Below, one piece after another: positions 1 to 7,234 of a stretch of 32,000 nucleotides of DNA (its first letter is position 1; the number at the start of each line of letters is the position of its first letter). A model generated the notes under the pieces. It worked only from the letters and a program-made list of their open reading frames with translations, did not search any database and had not been told where the DNA came from. The position numbers and the translations under genes are program-made. Source of the stretch: Candidatus Saccharimonadota bacterium (GTDB lineage Bacteria > Patescibacteriota > Saccharimonadia > Saccharimonadales > Saccharimonadaceae); NCBI GenBank assembly GCA_020160975.1, contig JAIUPJ010000001.1, positions 900,001 to 932,000 on the forward strand, given 5' to 3'.

Positions 1-75
1 CGCGAAAAAGAATACCGAGCAGCCAAACTGCCTATTATTTCCGTCTCGCTCGGCAGGCACCAGACATGGCGCCAG

Positions 76-309
76 ATGGCTGTGTACGGTACGCTGTATG
101 TTCTGTCACTCGTTGGGCTGGTGATTGCACAAACATTTGCATTGATTCCGGGGCTGATCGTTTTGGCTGCTGGGGCCTACTGGTTGGTAATTATTTTTCG
201 CGGTCGCACCCAGGTGAGTGACACATGGGCACGTCATGTGTTTAGGCTGTCGCTCCTTTTGACGATCGTACTTTTTGTGGCAAGTAGCATCACCGTTGTA
301 ATATCATAA
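76..309 (+). CDS. small hydrophobic membrane protein (hypothetical); may be the 3' part of a longer CDS
   Basis: 77-aa ORF with hydrophobic helices (LYVLSLVGLVIAQTFALIPGLIVLAAGAYWLVII; LSLLLTIVLFVASSITVVI). The same frame is open from nt 1 to the ATG at 76, so the real start could lie upstream of the window. No clear SD. Confidence 0.45.
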   Translation: MAVYGTLYVLSLVGLVIAQTFALIPGLIVLAAGAYWLVIIFRGRTQVSDTWARHVFRLSLLLTIVLFVASSITVVIS

Positions 310-335
310 GCGGTATCTTACAATAGGGGAAGTTT

Positions 336-1532
336 ATGAAAATTCTGATAGTTGGCGGTGGATTTGCTGGGGTACGTGCGGCACTTGAATTGGCCCGTGA
401 TGCGACCAACGATATAACATTGGTGTCTGATAAGTCTGATTTCCAATACTACCCGACGCTCTATAGTAGCGCGACCGGACATAGTCACGCCGAATCATGG
501 GCACCGCTGGGCGAGATATTTGCTGAGTACGATAATGTGACTGTATATATCGATGAAATCTCTGGAATTGATGCCGAGGCAAAAACGGTGACGGCAGTAT
601 CTGGTACGGTGTATCACTATGCAACACTCATTATGGCTATTGGCATGGTGACATCGTACTTTGCCATTCCTGGCCTCGAAACATACTCGCACGGCATCAA
701 AAATGCCGAACAAATCAAGCGTTTGAAACAGCAATTGTTTGTGGATATCGCCGAACGCCGTGAGCTCGACAAGAATTATATCGTGATTGGTGCGGGGCCA
801 ACAGGAGTGGAACTAGCGGCAGCACTCGGGACTTACATCAAGCGACTATGCCGCTATTATGGAGTGAAGAAGTCAAATGTTAGAGTACGGCTGGTCGAGG
901 CCGCGCCGCGCGTACTGCCCCGGTCAAGCAAGATGACGAGCCGAAAAGTCATGAAGCGACTCAAGCAATTAGGTGTTCGTGTCGAAGTCAACAAGCGTGT
1001 TGAGAGCGCAAACGCAAAGCAGTTGATTGTCAGCGGTAGGCCAATCGAAAGTCATACTGTCATTTGGACATCAGGTGTGACAAACCATCCATTCTTTGCT
1101 AATCATCCCGAAGTGTTCCGTATGGCGCAGAACGGCAGAGTAGAAGTTAATGATTATCTCGAAGCTGCTCCGAATATTTATGTGCTCGGCGACAACGCGG
1201 CCACACCCTATACCGGCCTGGCGCAAACGGCGCTTCACGACGCCGTGACGGTCGCCCGCAACTTGCGCCGCAAAGCGAATAACAAAAAGCCAAAAAAATA
1301 TCGAGCACGATTGCCGGCGTCAGCAATCCCTGTGGGCAAACGCTGGGCGGTGATAGAGTGGCGGTGGATTCGTATCTACGGTATCGTCGGGGCAATGATC
1401 CGTAGAGTGGCTGACTTGATTGGCTACATGGACATCATGCCAATCGGCACTTCGATTGGAGCGTGGCGGGCCGCACGTGTGTATGAGAACGATTACTTTA
1501 CGCCGACAGTGAAGATGAAGAGGATAAAGTAG
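336..1532 (+). CDS. ndh: type II NADH dehydrogenase (NDH-2) / FAD-dependent pyridine nucleotide-disulfide oxidoreductase
   Basis: N-terminal Rossmann motif MKILIVGGGFAGVRAA, second dinucleotide fold IVIGAGPTGVELAAAL, LGDNA motif, amphipathic C-terminal tail typical of NDH-2. GGGGA SD-like element 5 nt before the ATG. Confidence 0.85.
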   Translation: MKILIVGGGFAGVRAALELARDATNDITLVSDKSDFQYYPTLYSSATGHSHAESWAPLGEIFAEYDNVTVYIDEISGIDAEAKTVTAVSGTVYHYATLIMAIGMVTSYFAIPGLETYSHGIKNAEQIKRLKQQLFVDIAERRELDKNYIVIGAGPTGVELAAALGTYIKRLCRYYGVKKSNVRVRLVEAAPRVLPRSSKMTSRKVMKRLKQLGVRVEVNKRVESANAKQLIVSGRPIESHTVIWTSGVTNHPFFANHPEVFRMAQNGRVEVNDYLEAAPNIYVLGDNAATPYTGLAQTALHDAVTVARNLRRKANNKKPKKYRARLPASAIPVGKRWAVIEWRWIRIYGIVGAMIRRVADLIGYMDIMPIGTSIGAWRAARVYENDYFTPTVKMKRIK

Positions 1533-1629
1533 TTCTACAGTCTACGCTCTATACTGCGACATTGTTCTCGAAAGCACATAAGAATTTCTCGCTCGTTTTC
1601 TCAGTAGTTTTACAAAATTGTTGCGCAAA

Positions 1630-1649
1630 TCACACTACATCTAGTGTGA
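1630..1649. promoter_or_regulatory. perfect 7-bp inverted repeat TCACACT-N6-AGTGTGA (candidate operator or hairpin) upstream of the FKBP-trxB unit
   Basis: Read directly: tcacact acatct agtgtga. The right arm falls where a -35 element would be for the TGcTACAAT at 1665-1673. Confidence 0.35.
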
Positions 1650-1664
1650 AAGCCATGATAATTT

Positions 1665-1673
1665 TGCTACAAT
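1665..1673 (+). promoter_or_regulatory. extended -10 promoter element TGcTACAAT for FKBP-trxB
   Basis: tttTGcTACAAT lies 31 nt upstream of ATG 1705, with a GAAGAGGGA SD in between. Confidence 0.45.
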
Positions 1674-1704
1674 TAGTGGAGCGACGTTAATAGAAGAGGG
1701 AAGC

Positions 1705-2373
1705 ATGGCGACAACAAAAGTACAGCGCTACGGTATTTTGGCGATTTTAATTGTGACGGTAATCGGGACGATTGGTTCGTTCGCGGTACTAGTTCTTGGT
1801 ACGCAAAATCAAGCCAAGGAAGCAGCTGATCAGCAAAAAGTAGTCAGCGACTACCAAGAGAAATACAAAGAATATACCGCAAAAGTAACCGCGCAGGGTG
1901 ATGAGCTTTCAAAACAATACTATGGCACGTTTAGCCCGTATAGCTCTCAGGTAGCGGCATTTGATCTCGATGGTGTTAGGGAGTTGGCAACAGAGGATCT
2001 CGTAGTGGGTGACGGTGAAGAAATCACTGGGACGACAAAATTTGCCGCCTATTACATCGGCTGGAACCCAAAGGGGAAAGTATTCGACCAAAGTATCGAC
2101 ACAGCAAGTAATAAACTGAAAGCACCGCTTTCTGTCGCTACGGGGCTTGACGCGGCAAGCCTCATTGCTGGCTGGAAAGAAGGTATGAAAGGGATGCGCA
2201 TTAACGGTGTGCGCGTCATTACGATTCCGAGCGACAAAGCGTATGGCGAGCAGGGTCAGGGTGATGATATTCCACCAAACACCCCACTCAAATTTGTCGT
2301 CATGGCGATTCCTGCGCCGGCCGAAATTTCTCAACCGGAAATCCCATCATCATTGATGTATCAGGGGATGTAG
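1705..2373 (+). CDS. membrane-anchored FKBP-type peptidyl-prolyl cis-trans isomerase
   Basis: N-terminal TM helix (YGILAILIVTVIGTIGSFAVLVLG) followed by an FKBP core (YYIGW..G.VFDQS, LIAGWKEGMKGMRINGVRVITIPSDKAYGEQG, PLKFVV). SD GAAGAGGGA upstream. Confidence 0.85.
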   Translation: MATTKVQRYGILAILIVTVIGTIGSFAVLVLGTQNQAKEAADQQKVVSDYQEKYKEYTAKVTAQGDELSKQYYGTFSPYSSQVAAFDLDGVRELATEDLVVGDGEEITGTTKFAAYYIGWNPKGKVFDQSIDTASNKLKAPLSVATGLDAASLIAGWKEGMKGMRINGVRVITIPSDKAYGEQGQGDDIPPNTPLKFVVMAIPAPAEISQPEIPSSLMYQGM

Positions 2374-2377
2374 AGAT

Positions 2378-3307
2378 ATGGACGAAGTAAAACCAATTGT
2401 CATGATTGGTGCCGGGCCATCGGCGTTGACGGCAGCGATCTACACAACGCGCGAGGACATCGACACCATATTGTATGAAAAAGCAGTAGTGGGCGGTCTT
2501 GCGGCAATTACTGACAAAGTCGATAATTATCCGGGTTTTGCTGAAGGCATTGAAGGCATGGTGCTGGCCGAGCAGTTGCAAAAACAAGCCGAGCGATTTG
2601 GAGCAAAAATTGAATATGGTGATGTGTCTGCGCTGCGACATGAAGACGGCGTCAACGTCGTGACGGTTGACGGCAAAGAAGTAAAGTCCCGTGCAGTGCT
2701 GATCGCGACCGGAAGTGACTACAACAAGCTGGGGATTCCTGGTGAGGCAGAATACTATGGCCGTGGCGTCCACTACTGTGCAACCTGTGATGGTGCGTTC
2801 TACCGCGACAAGCGTCTAGTTGTGGTGGGGGGCGGCAACTCTGGGGTGCAAGAAGCCCTGTTTTTGACACGATTCGCCAGTCATATTGATCTATTGGTGC
2901 GCAGCACCGTTAAAGCGAGCCAAGTCCTGCAGGATGAGCTGCAGAAATTTGTTGATGCAGGTAAGGTTACCGTGCATCTCGGCACTACCCCGAATGAGAT
3001 TGTAGCGGATGATAATAGCAAGATTACTAAGGTTACGGCTACAAGAGATGGGGAGGCAACTGAGTTTGCCGTCGACGGCGTTTTTGTATTTATTGGGCTA
3101 AAGCCAAACACTGGGTTTTTGGCGGGCAGTGGCGTCGAGCTCGATGAAGTCGGACTCATAAAAACGGACACTCATCTCGCGACAACGGTACCAGGGGTAT
3201 TCGCCAGTGGCGACGTGCGCAGCGGCGCAACCATGCAGATTGCAAGTGCGACCGGCGAGGGCGCCACAGCAGCACTGAATATTCGCGAATATTTAGAAAG
3301 AAAATAG
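2378..3307 (+). CDS. trxB: thioredoxin-disulfide reductase
   Basis: IGAGPSALTAAIY FAD fold, redox-active CATCDG, VVGGGNSGVQEA NADPH fold, GVFASGDV C-terminal FAD motif. Starts 4 nt after the FKBP stop. Confidence 0.92.
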   Translation: MDEVKPIVMIGAGPSALTAAIYTTREDIDTILYEKAVVGGLAAITDKVDNYPGFAEGIEGMVLAEQLQKQAERFGAKIEYGDVSALRHEDGVNVVTVDGKEVKSRAVLIATGSDYNKLGIPGEAEYYGRGVHYCATCDGAFYRDKRLVVVGGGNSGVQEALFLTRFASHIDLLVRSTVKASQVLQDELQKFVDAGKVTVHLGTTPNEIVADDNSKITKVTATRDGEATEFAVDGVFVFIGLKPNTGFLAGSGVELDEVGLIKTDTHLATTVPGVFASGDVRSGATMQIASATGEGATAALNIREYLERK

Positions 3308-3331
3308 ATTCTAGACGCTAGATGCTAGAGG
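3304..3331. repeat. period-7 tandem repeat (C)TAGAnn x4 starting at the trxB stop codon
   Basis: a TAGAtt CTAGAcg CTAGAtg CTAGAgg, with CTAGA at 3311, 3318 and 3325. This places TAG in all three frames on both strands. Confidence 0.6.
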
Positions 3332-3430
3332 TTCCAGCAAGAGGTAGCTGCCAATCATCCCACACTTCAACCTTAACCTAGCTCCTTGCACTCGGCGGTG
3401 AGAAGCACCTCGCCCACTGGAAGCCGTTCA

Positions 3431-3439
3431 TGCTACACT
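3431..3439 (+). promoter_or_regulatory. extended -10 element TGcTACACT, 6 nt before ATG 3446 (leaderless configuration)
   Basis: Sequence reads caTGcTACACTatttctATG. Confidence 0.45.
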
Positions 3440-3445
3440 ATTTCT

Positions 3446-4075
3446 ATGAACTCAAATTTACCGACAGGCCTATCACCAAAGCCTATTACGCAAAAAAAAG
3501 ACAGTACTCTTGAAACAGTACTGATTATCATCATGTGCTTTGTGTTGTCAGTCGGACAACTGATTGTTGTGCTACCGGTGATGGTGGCAGGAGCCTATTT
3601 TGTTCAATCGGGGTCGGTGTGTACATCGGTAGGCAACAACGGGCCTGATATTACCGAAAGTAATGCTCGAACTTTCGAAAGTGCTAGGCTTGGTAATTTG
3701 CAGTCGCACGGCGAACCTCGGACAGAGATGGTATGCAACGAAGCGTTCCAAGAATATCGACGAACGGTTACCTATACTGCGGAAAATGTTTCAGTAGCCG
3801 ATGTGGAAATGGCTTTTTCAGATAAGCTCAATGCCAAGCTTGTTACGAATACAGAGCAGTTTCGTCAGTCAGACGACGGAACACAAGCGTGTCGGTGGCA
3901 AGAGCTTGTCGACGCGACAGACAAAAAGGTGGGATATGATGTCGAGTATCTTTATGGTGGCATGCAGGCGGATGAGTGTGTCTATAATTCCAATACCGTA
4001 GCAGAGGGCGATCGAACAGCGGACTATAAGAATGACAGTTTACGGTTTACTGTCACGTATATATATCAGGAGTGA
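3446..4075 (+). CDS. hypothetical membrane-anchored protein with Cys-containing extracytoplasmic domain
   Basis: The ORF track starts at TTG 3386. I prefer ATG 3446 because a TGcTACACT -10 element (3431-3439) lies inside the longer version, exactly 6 nt before this ATG. One TM helix (LETVLIIIMCFVLSVGQLIVVLPVMVAGAYFV). No recognisable domain. Confidence 0.6.
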   Translation: MNSNLPTGLSPKPITQKKDSTLETVLIIIMCFVLSVGQLIVVLPVMVAGAYFVQSGSVCTSVGNNGPDITESNARTFESARLGNLQSHGEPRTEMVCNEAFQEYRRTVTYTAENVSVADVEMAFSDKLNAKLVTNTEQFRQSDDGTQACRWQELVDATDKKVGYDVEYLYGGMQADECVYNSNTVAEGDRTADYKNDSLRFTVTYIYQE

Positions 4076-4185
4076 TCAGAAAATTTTATCTAGGCGGCAT
4101 ATGACCCCTGAGTTACTCCTAAAGTAGCGTACGATGGGACGATGTTTATATAATTATTATATCAAATTTTTATAAAAAAGTCAAG

Positions 4186-4875
4186 TTATTGCCCCATCCA
4201 ATCGCGGAATTTATCAGGGTAGTTGGTGACGATGCCATCGATACCTTGCTTCTCCAGTAGCGGGAGTGCCGCTGGGCGGTTGACGGTGTAAGCGTAGGTG
4301 AAGAGCCCGGCTTTTTTGGCTATTTCGAGCGCGAAACGATTGAGATAGAGGCGGTGGAAGCCGACGGCAGTGAATTGAATGAATCGGTGGTAGGCGACAA
4401 AGATAAACGGGTTTTCGTTGTGCAGCATTGCGAGGTTGACTTTTTGCGAGCGGCGGCGCATGTTGATCAGCTCGATGCCTTTGAACGAAGAGATGATGAC
4501 GTTATCCCAATCTTTACTCTTTTTGATGTAGCGGTGCTCGAGCAGTGCCATAACAACCTGGCCGGAGCCGCGTGATTTGAGCTCGATATTGAGCAGGATT
4601 TTGCCAAAATACACATCGAGTACCTCCTGAAGAGTGGGAATGGGCTGCTGGCGCGTGAGCGACTGGAGGTCGGCGAGTGAAAGATGAGCGATGGATTCGC
4701 GGATATGATGAGTGCGCATGAGACGTGCGTCATGAATCACCACTGGGATTTGGTCTTTTGTCAGTCGGACATCAAATTCCAGCATATCCACGCCCGCCTC
4801 GAAGCCAGCCTGCATGGCTGCCATGGAATTTTCGGGGGCAAGCCCGCCTGCGCCACGGTGTCCGATGATGAGCAT
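4186..4875 (-). CDS. glycerophosphodiester phosphodiesterase (GDPD family)
   Basis: MLIIGHRGAGGLAPENS...EFDVRLTKDQIPVVIHD...NIELK: the canonical GDPD HR..E..E.D signature. Confidence 0.88.
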   Translation of the reverse strand: MLIIGHRGAGGLAPENSMAAMQAGFEAGVDMLEFDVRLTKDQIPVVIHDARLMRTHHIRESIAHLSLADLQSLTRQQPIPTLQEVLDVYFGKILLNIELKSRGSGQVVMALLEHRYIKKSKDWDNVIISSFKGIELINMRRRSQKVNLAMLHNENPFIFVAYHRFIQFTAVGFHRLYLNRFALEIAKKAGLFTYAYTVNRPAALPLLEKQGIDGIVTNYPDKFRDWMGQ

Positions 4876-4881
4876 GACCTC

Positions 4882-4890
4882 AGTATAGCA
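4882..4890 (-). promoter_or_regulatory. extended -10 element TGcTATACT, 6 nt before the GDPD ATG (leaderless configuration)
   Basis: The minus strand reads tttGcTATACTgaggtcATG (plus-strand agtatagca). Confidence 0.5.
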
Positions 4891-4962
4891 AACTTTAAAG
4901 AGGGGCCTGCCCCTTTGACTATATACAGAAGTTAATTCTGTCTATAGCCTATACCCCTAAAG

Positions 4963-4979
4963 CCGATGCCGGGCATCGG
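4963..4979 (-). terminator. hairpin downstream of the PLD-family gene (weak terminator candidate)
   Basis: ccgatgc-cgg-gcatcgg: a 7-bp perfect stem with a 3-nt loop, followed on the minus strand by only CTTT. A second 5-bp GC hairpin (aggggc..gcccct, about 4901-4914) is followed by CTTTAAAGTTT. Confidence 0.35.
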
Positions 4980-4998
4980 TGTGTACGCTGATCCAGGG

Positions 4999-6006
4999 TT
5001 AGGCGACGTAGTCGGTGAGAAATTGTTTGAGCTGCTTGATGATCTGTTTGTTGGTGGTCTCGAGAGCGATTTCGCGCGTGCCGAGAAACCCACTGCCAAA
5101 CATAAAGTTATGTGAGCCAGAGAGCGCAACCTCACGGCCATCAGGCATGGTAAAAAGCATAAACTTTGCGTGCAGGTAACGGTCTCGTGTATAGCCAGTT
5201 CGTTGTTTGGCAAAGAGCATGCCAAATTGGATCAGCAGTTTGTTGACAGAATTTGCCTGGCGCCAATGATTGAAGTAGACGTCCGCGTTTTTGCGACGTA
5301 AGATACGGTTAAGCTTGCCCGTCGGGCAGTACTGGGAAACGAGGCTAATCGACGAAGCTTCTTTTGCCAGCGCACAGGCACGCCGGTAGATGAGCGAGTC
5401 GCCAATCAGGCCACCATCGATCAAGACGCTTATTTCTGGCGAAATCTTAAGACGTCGACTCTTGGCGGCGTGACCACCTCGATCGGCACTGACGAGACGG
5501 TTGTGCACATTAAAAAGCTGATCGGCAAGTTCTTGATCGTCAAATTTGAGCATATAATCGGTATTGTCAAAACTCTCGCGGTCGAGGTTGAGCCCGCCAA
5601 ACGAATACACGGTATCATCGACAATAATCCACTTGCTGTGGGTGCGCCCGGAGAATGCGACATTGCTGGTGCGGCCAAGCCAGCGAAAATGAATACCGTG
5701 CTTTTTGAGTCGGCGCTCGAGTTTCATTGCTTGGTAGGCGCGTGCGGGCTGGCGTTTAGGTGAGCGAAGGGCAAATTCTTTTGGTTCAAGATAGGTGAAG
5801 ACATCTGCGCCGACTGATATGAGTACTCCCCTGCCACCAGCTCGACAGAGAGCATCGATGAGCCGCTGGCTGCGCGGATCGTCGTCTCTGAGTGTGGTTG
5901 TCACAATGGCAATTCGTCGAGTTGCGCTATCGATAACCTTTGCGACATCTGCCGCATAGCTGTTAGAGGAAATTAGGCGAGGCCGGCGTCGAAATGGTGA
6001 TTGCAT
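4999..6006 (-). CDS. phospholipase D superfamily protein with two HKD motifs (cardiolipin/phosphatidyl-transferase-like or PLD-like)
   Basis: HKD motif 1 HSKWIIVDDTVYSFGGLN and motif 2 HAKFMLF...SGSHN. The track starts at TTG 6027. ATG 6006 (MQSPFRRRP) is preferred because a TATAAT (6016-6021, minus strand) lies within the TTG extension. No TM or signal peptide seen. Confidence 0.78.
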   Translation of the reverse strand: MQSPFRRRPRLISSNSYAADVAKVIDSATRRIAIVTTTLRDDDPRSQRLIDALCRAGGRGVLISVGADVFTYLEPKEFALRSPKRQPARAYQAMKLERRLKKHGIHFRWLGRTSNVAFSGRTHSKWIIVDDTVYSFGGLNLDRESFDNTDYMLKFDDQELADQLFNVHNRLVSADRGGHAAKSRRLKISPEISVLIDGGLIGDSLIYRRACALAKEASSISLVSQYCPTGKLNRILRRKNADVYFNHWRQANSVNKLLIQFGMLFAKQRTGYTRDRYLHAKFMLFTMPDGREVALSGSHNFMFGSGFLGTREIALETTNKQIIKQLKQFLTDYVA

Positions 6007-6015
6007 GTGCCAGTT

Positions 6016-6021
6016 ATTATA
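6016..6021 (-). promoter_or_regulatory. -10 element TATAAT, 9 nt before the PLD-family ATG 6006
   Basis: The minus strand reads gggtTATAATaactggcacATG. Confidence 0.4.
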
Positions 6022-6034
6022 ACCCAACTAGGTT

Positions 6035-6043
6035 TGCTATACT
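6035..6043 (+). promoter_or_regulatory. extended -10 element TGcTATACT for ppa
   Basis: ggttTGcTATACTaagaggcaataagcgagaaaggaaaaccaATG: a 29-nt leader containing an SD. Confidence 0.5.
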
Positions 6044-6072
6044 AAGAGGCAATAAGCGAGAAAGGAAAACCA

Positions 6073-6600
6073 ATGCCAGATTTTAATGCAGTACTCACAC
6101 CAGGAGATGTTGAGAATGGATATATTAACACAGTGGTGGAAATTCCCGAGGGAAGTCGGCTCAAGGTAGAGTGGGATCGTGAGCATAACGCATTTATGCT
6201 CGATCGTGTCGAGCCGCGGATTTTTGCAAAGCCATGCAACTACGGGTTCATCCCGGCGACACTCGACGAAGATGGGGACGAACTCGACACTTTGATCATT
6301 TGCCCAGAGCCTCTCGCCACTGGTGTGTGGCTCAAGGCGAAGGTTCTCGGTGTGATGAAATTTGAGGACGACGGCGAAGTGGACGATAAAATCGTCTGTG
6401 TGCCAGCTGACAACCGAGACGACGGAGACGCTATTACGTCACTTGATGATATTGCACATACCGTGAAGCAGCTCGAACACCACTTTACACACTACAAAGA
6501 TCTCAAAAAACCTGGTAGCACAAAGGTTGTGGGCTGGGGTGATGCAGAAGAAGCCAAGAAAATTATTAATTCTTGCATAAACAGGTATAATACTAACTAG
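6073..6600 (+). CDS. ppa: inorganic pyrophosphatase (family I)
   Basis: VVEIPEGSRLKVEWD, YGFIP.TLDEDGDELD, DDKIV signature of soluble family I PPase. GAAAGGA SD. Confidence 0.95.
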   Translation: MPDFNAVLTPGDVENGYINTVVEIPEGSRLKVEWDREHNAFMLDRVEPRIFAKPCNYGFIPATLDEDGDELDTLIICPEPLATGVWLKAKVLGVMKFEDDGEVDDKIVCVPADNRDDGDAITSLDDIAHTVKQLEHHFTHYKDLKKPGSTKVVGWGDAEEAKKIINSCINRYNTN

Positions 6601-6625
6601 TTATTAGTGTGATAAGGAGAACGCA

Positions 6626-7180
6626 ATGGATAACGCAACCTACGAAGAAGCAATGAACAGCATCAATAGCGATCTTGAAAATATTCAGTCTGATGTCAAT
6701 GACCTGCAGACCACTACTGGTACGGATGGGTCGTACTTTAAATCTTCGACTTCCGAGCTAGACCCTGCTGCTTCTGCAGCAATGGGCGGAATGATGATGG
6801 TGATGATGGTAATCTACGCGATTGTGTTCGTCGTGTTGATAGGGTCGATGTGGAAGCTCTTCACCAAAGCAGGTAAAGCTGGCTGGGCCGCGATTGTGCC
6901 AGTTTATAATAGTCTCGTACAGCTTGAGATCATCGGGCGGCCATGGTGGTGGTTCCTGTTAATGTTCGTGCCGCTGCTAAATATCTGGATCAGCATCGTG
7001 ATTTGTCTCGATCTTGCAAAAGCATATGGCAAATCAACTGGGTTTGGGGTTTTCTTGATACTGCTTCCGATCATTGCATTGCCGATGCTCGCCTTTAGCA
7101 AGGATGCAAAATATGTCGGCCCTGTGGCAAAAAATGTCGAAGGATTGATGCCTGCGCCTGAAGTACCGCGCGCTGCGTAG
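6626..7180 (+). CDS. multi-pass membrane protein, DUF5684-like
   Basis: WKLFTKAGKAGWAAIVPVYNSLVQLEIIGRPWWWFLLMFVPLLN and a C-terminal LPMLAFSKDAKY match my memory of the DUF5684 family. AAGGAG SD. Probably co-transcribed with ppa. Confidence 0.7.
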   Translation: MDNATYEEAMNSINSDLENIQSDVNDLQTTTGTDGSYFKSSTSELDPAASAAMGGMMMVMMVIYAIVFVVLIGSMWKLFTKAGKAGWAAIVPVYNSLVQLEIIGRPWWWFLLMFVPLLNIWISIVICLDLAKAYGKSTGFGVFLILLPIIALPMLAFSKDAKYVGPVAKNVEGLMPAPEVPRAA

Positions 7181-7198
7181 TAGTTTCTGATGAGTTTT

Positions 7199-7234
7199 AG
7201 CCGAAACGAAGGTATTGTTTCGGCTATTTCTTTT
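7199..7234 (+). terminator. rho-independent terminator of the ppa-DUF5684 unit, overlapping the convergent rel stop codon
   Basis: agccgaaac (7199-7207) / 9-nt loop / gtttcggct (7217-7225): a perfect 9-bp stem followed by ATTTCTTTT. The rel stop (cta, 7224-7226) lies in the right arm. Confidence 0.7.

Noticed and set aside
3386-3445. The TTG-extended starts given by the ORF track for ORF 3386. The same issue applies to 6027 (PLD-family), 18524 (LOG-like), 28379 (last small membrane gene) and 9882 (pilin)
   Set aside because: In each case a downstream ATG has a better context: a -10 element 6-9 nt upstream, or a correctly spaced SD. The extension would also run through a promoter element or a terminator hairpin.
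4147-4178. AT-only palindromes (ATAATTAT; TTTTTATAAAAA) between the convergent ORF 3446-4075 and the GDPD gene
   Set aside because: Short palindromes are expected in a run this AT-rich. The stems would be A-U only and too unstable to call a terminator with confidence.
6044-6054. The 11-mer TAAGAGGCAAT, shared immediately downstream of the -10 elements of ppa (6044) and gatC (23203)
   Set aside because: Exact 11-mer repeats are expected by chance many times in 32 kb. I treat it only as part of the A-rich post -10 consensus, not as a distinct repeat element.
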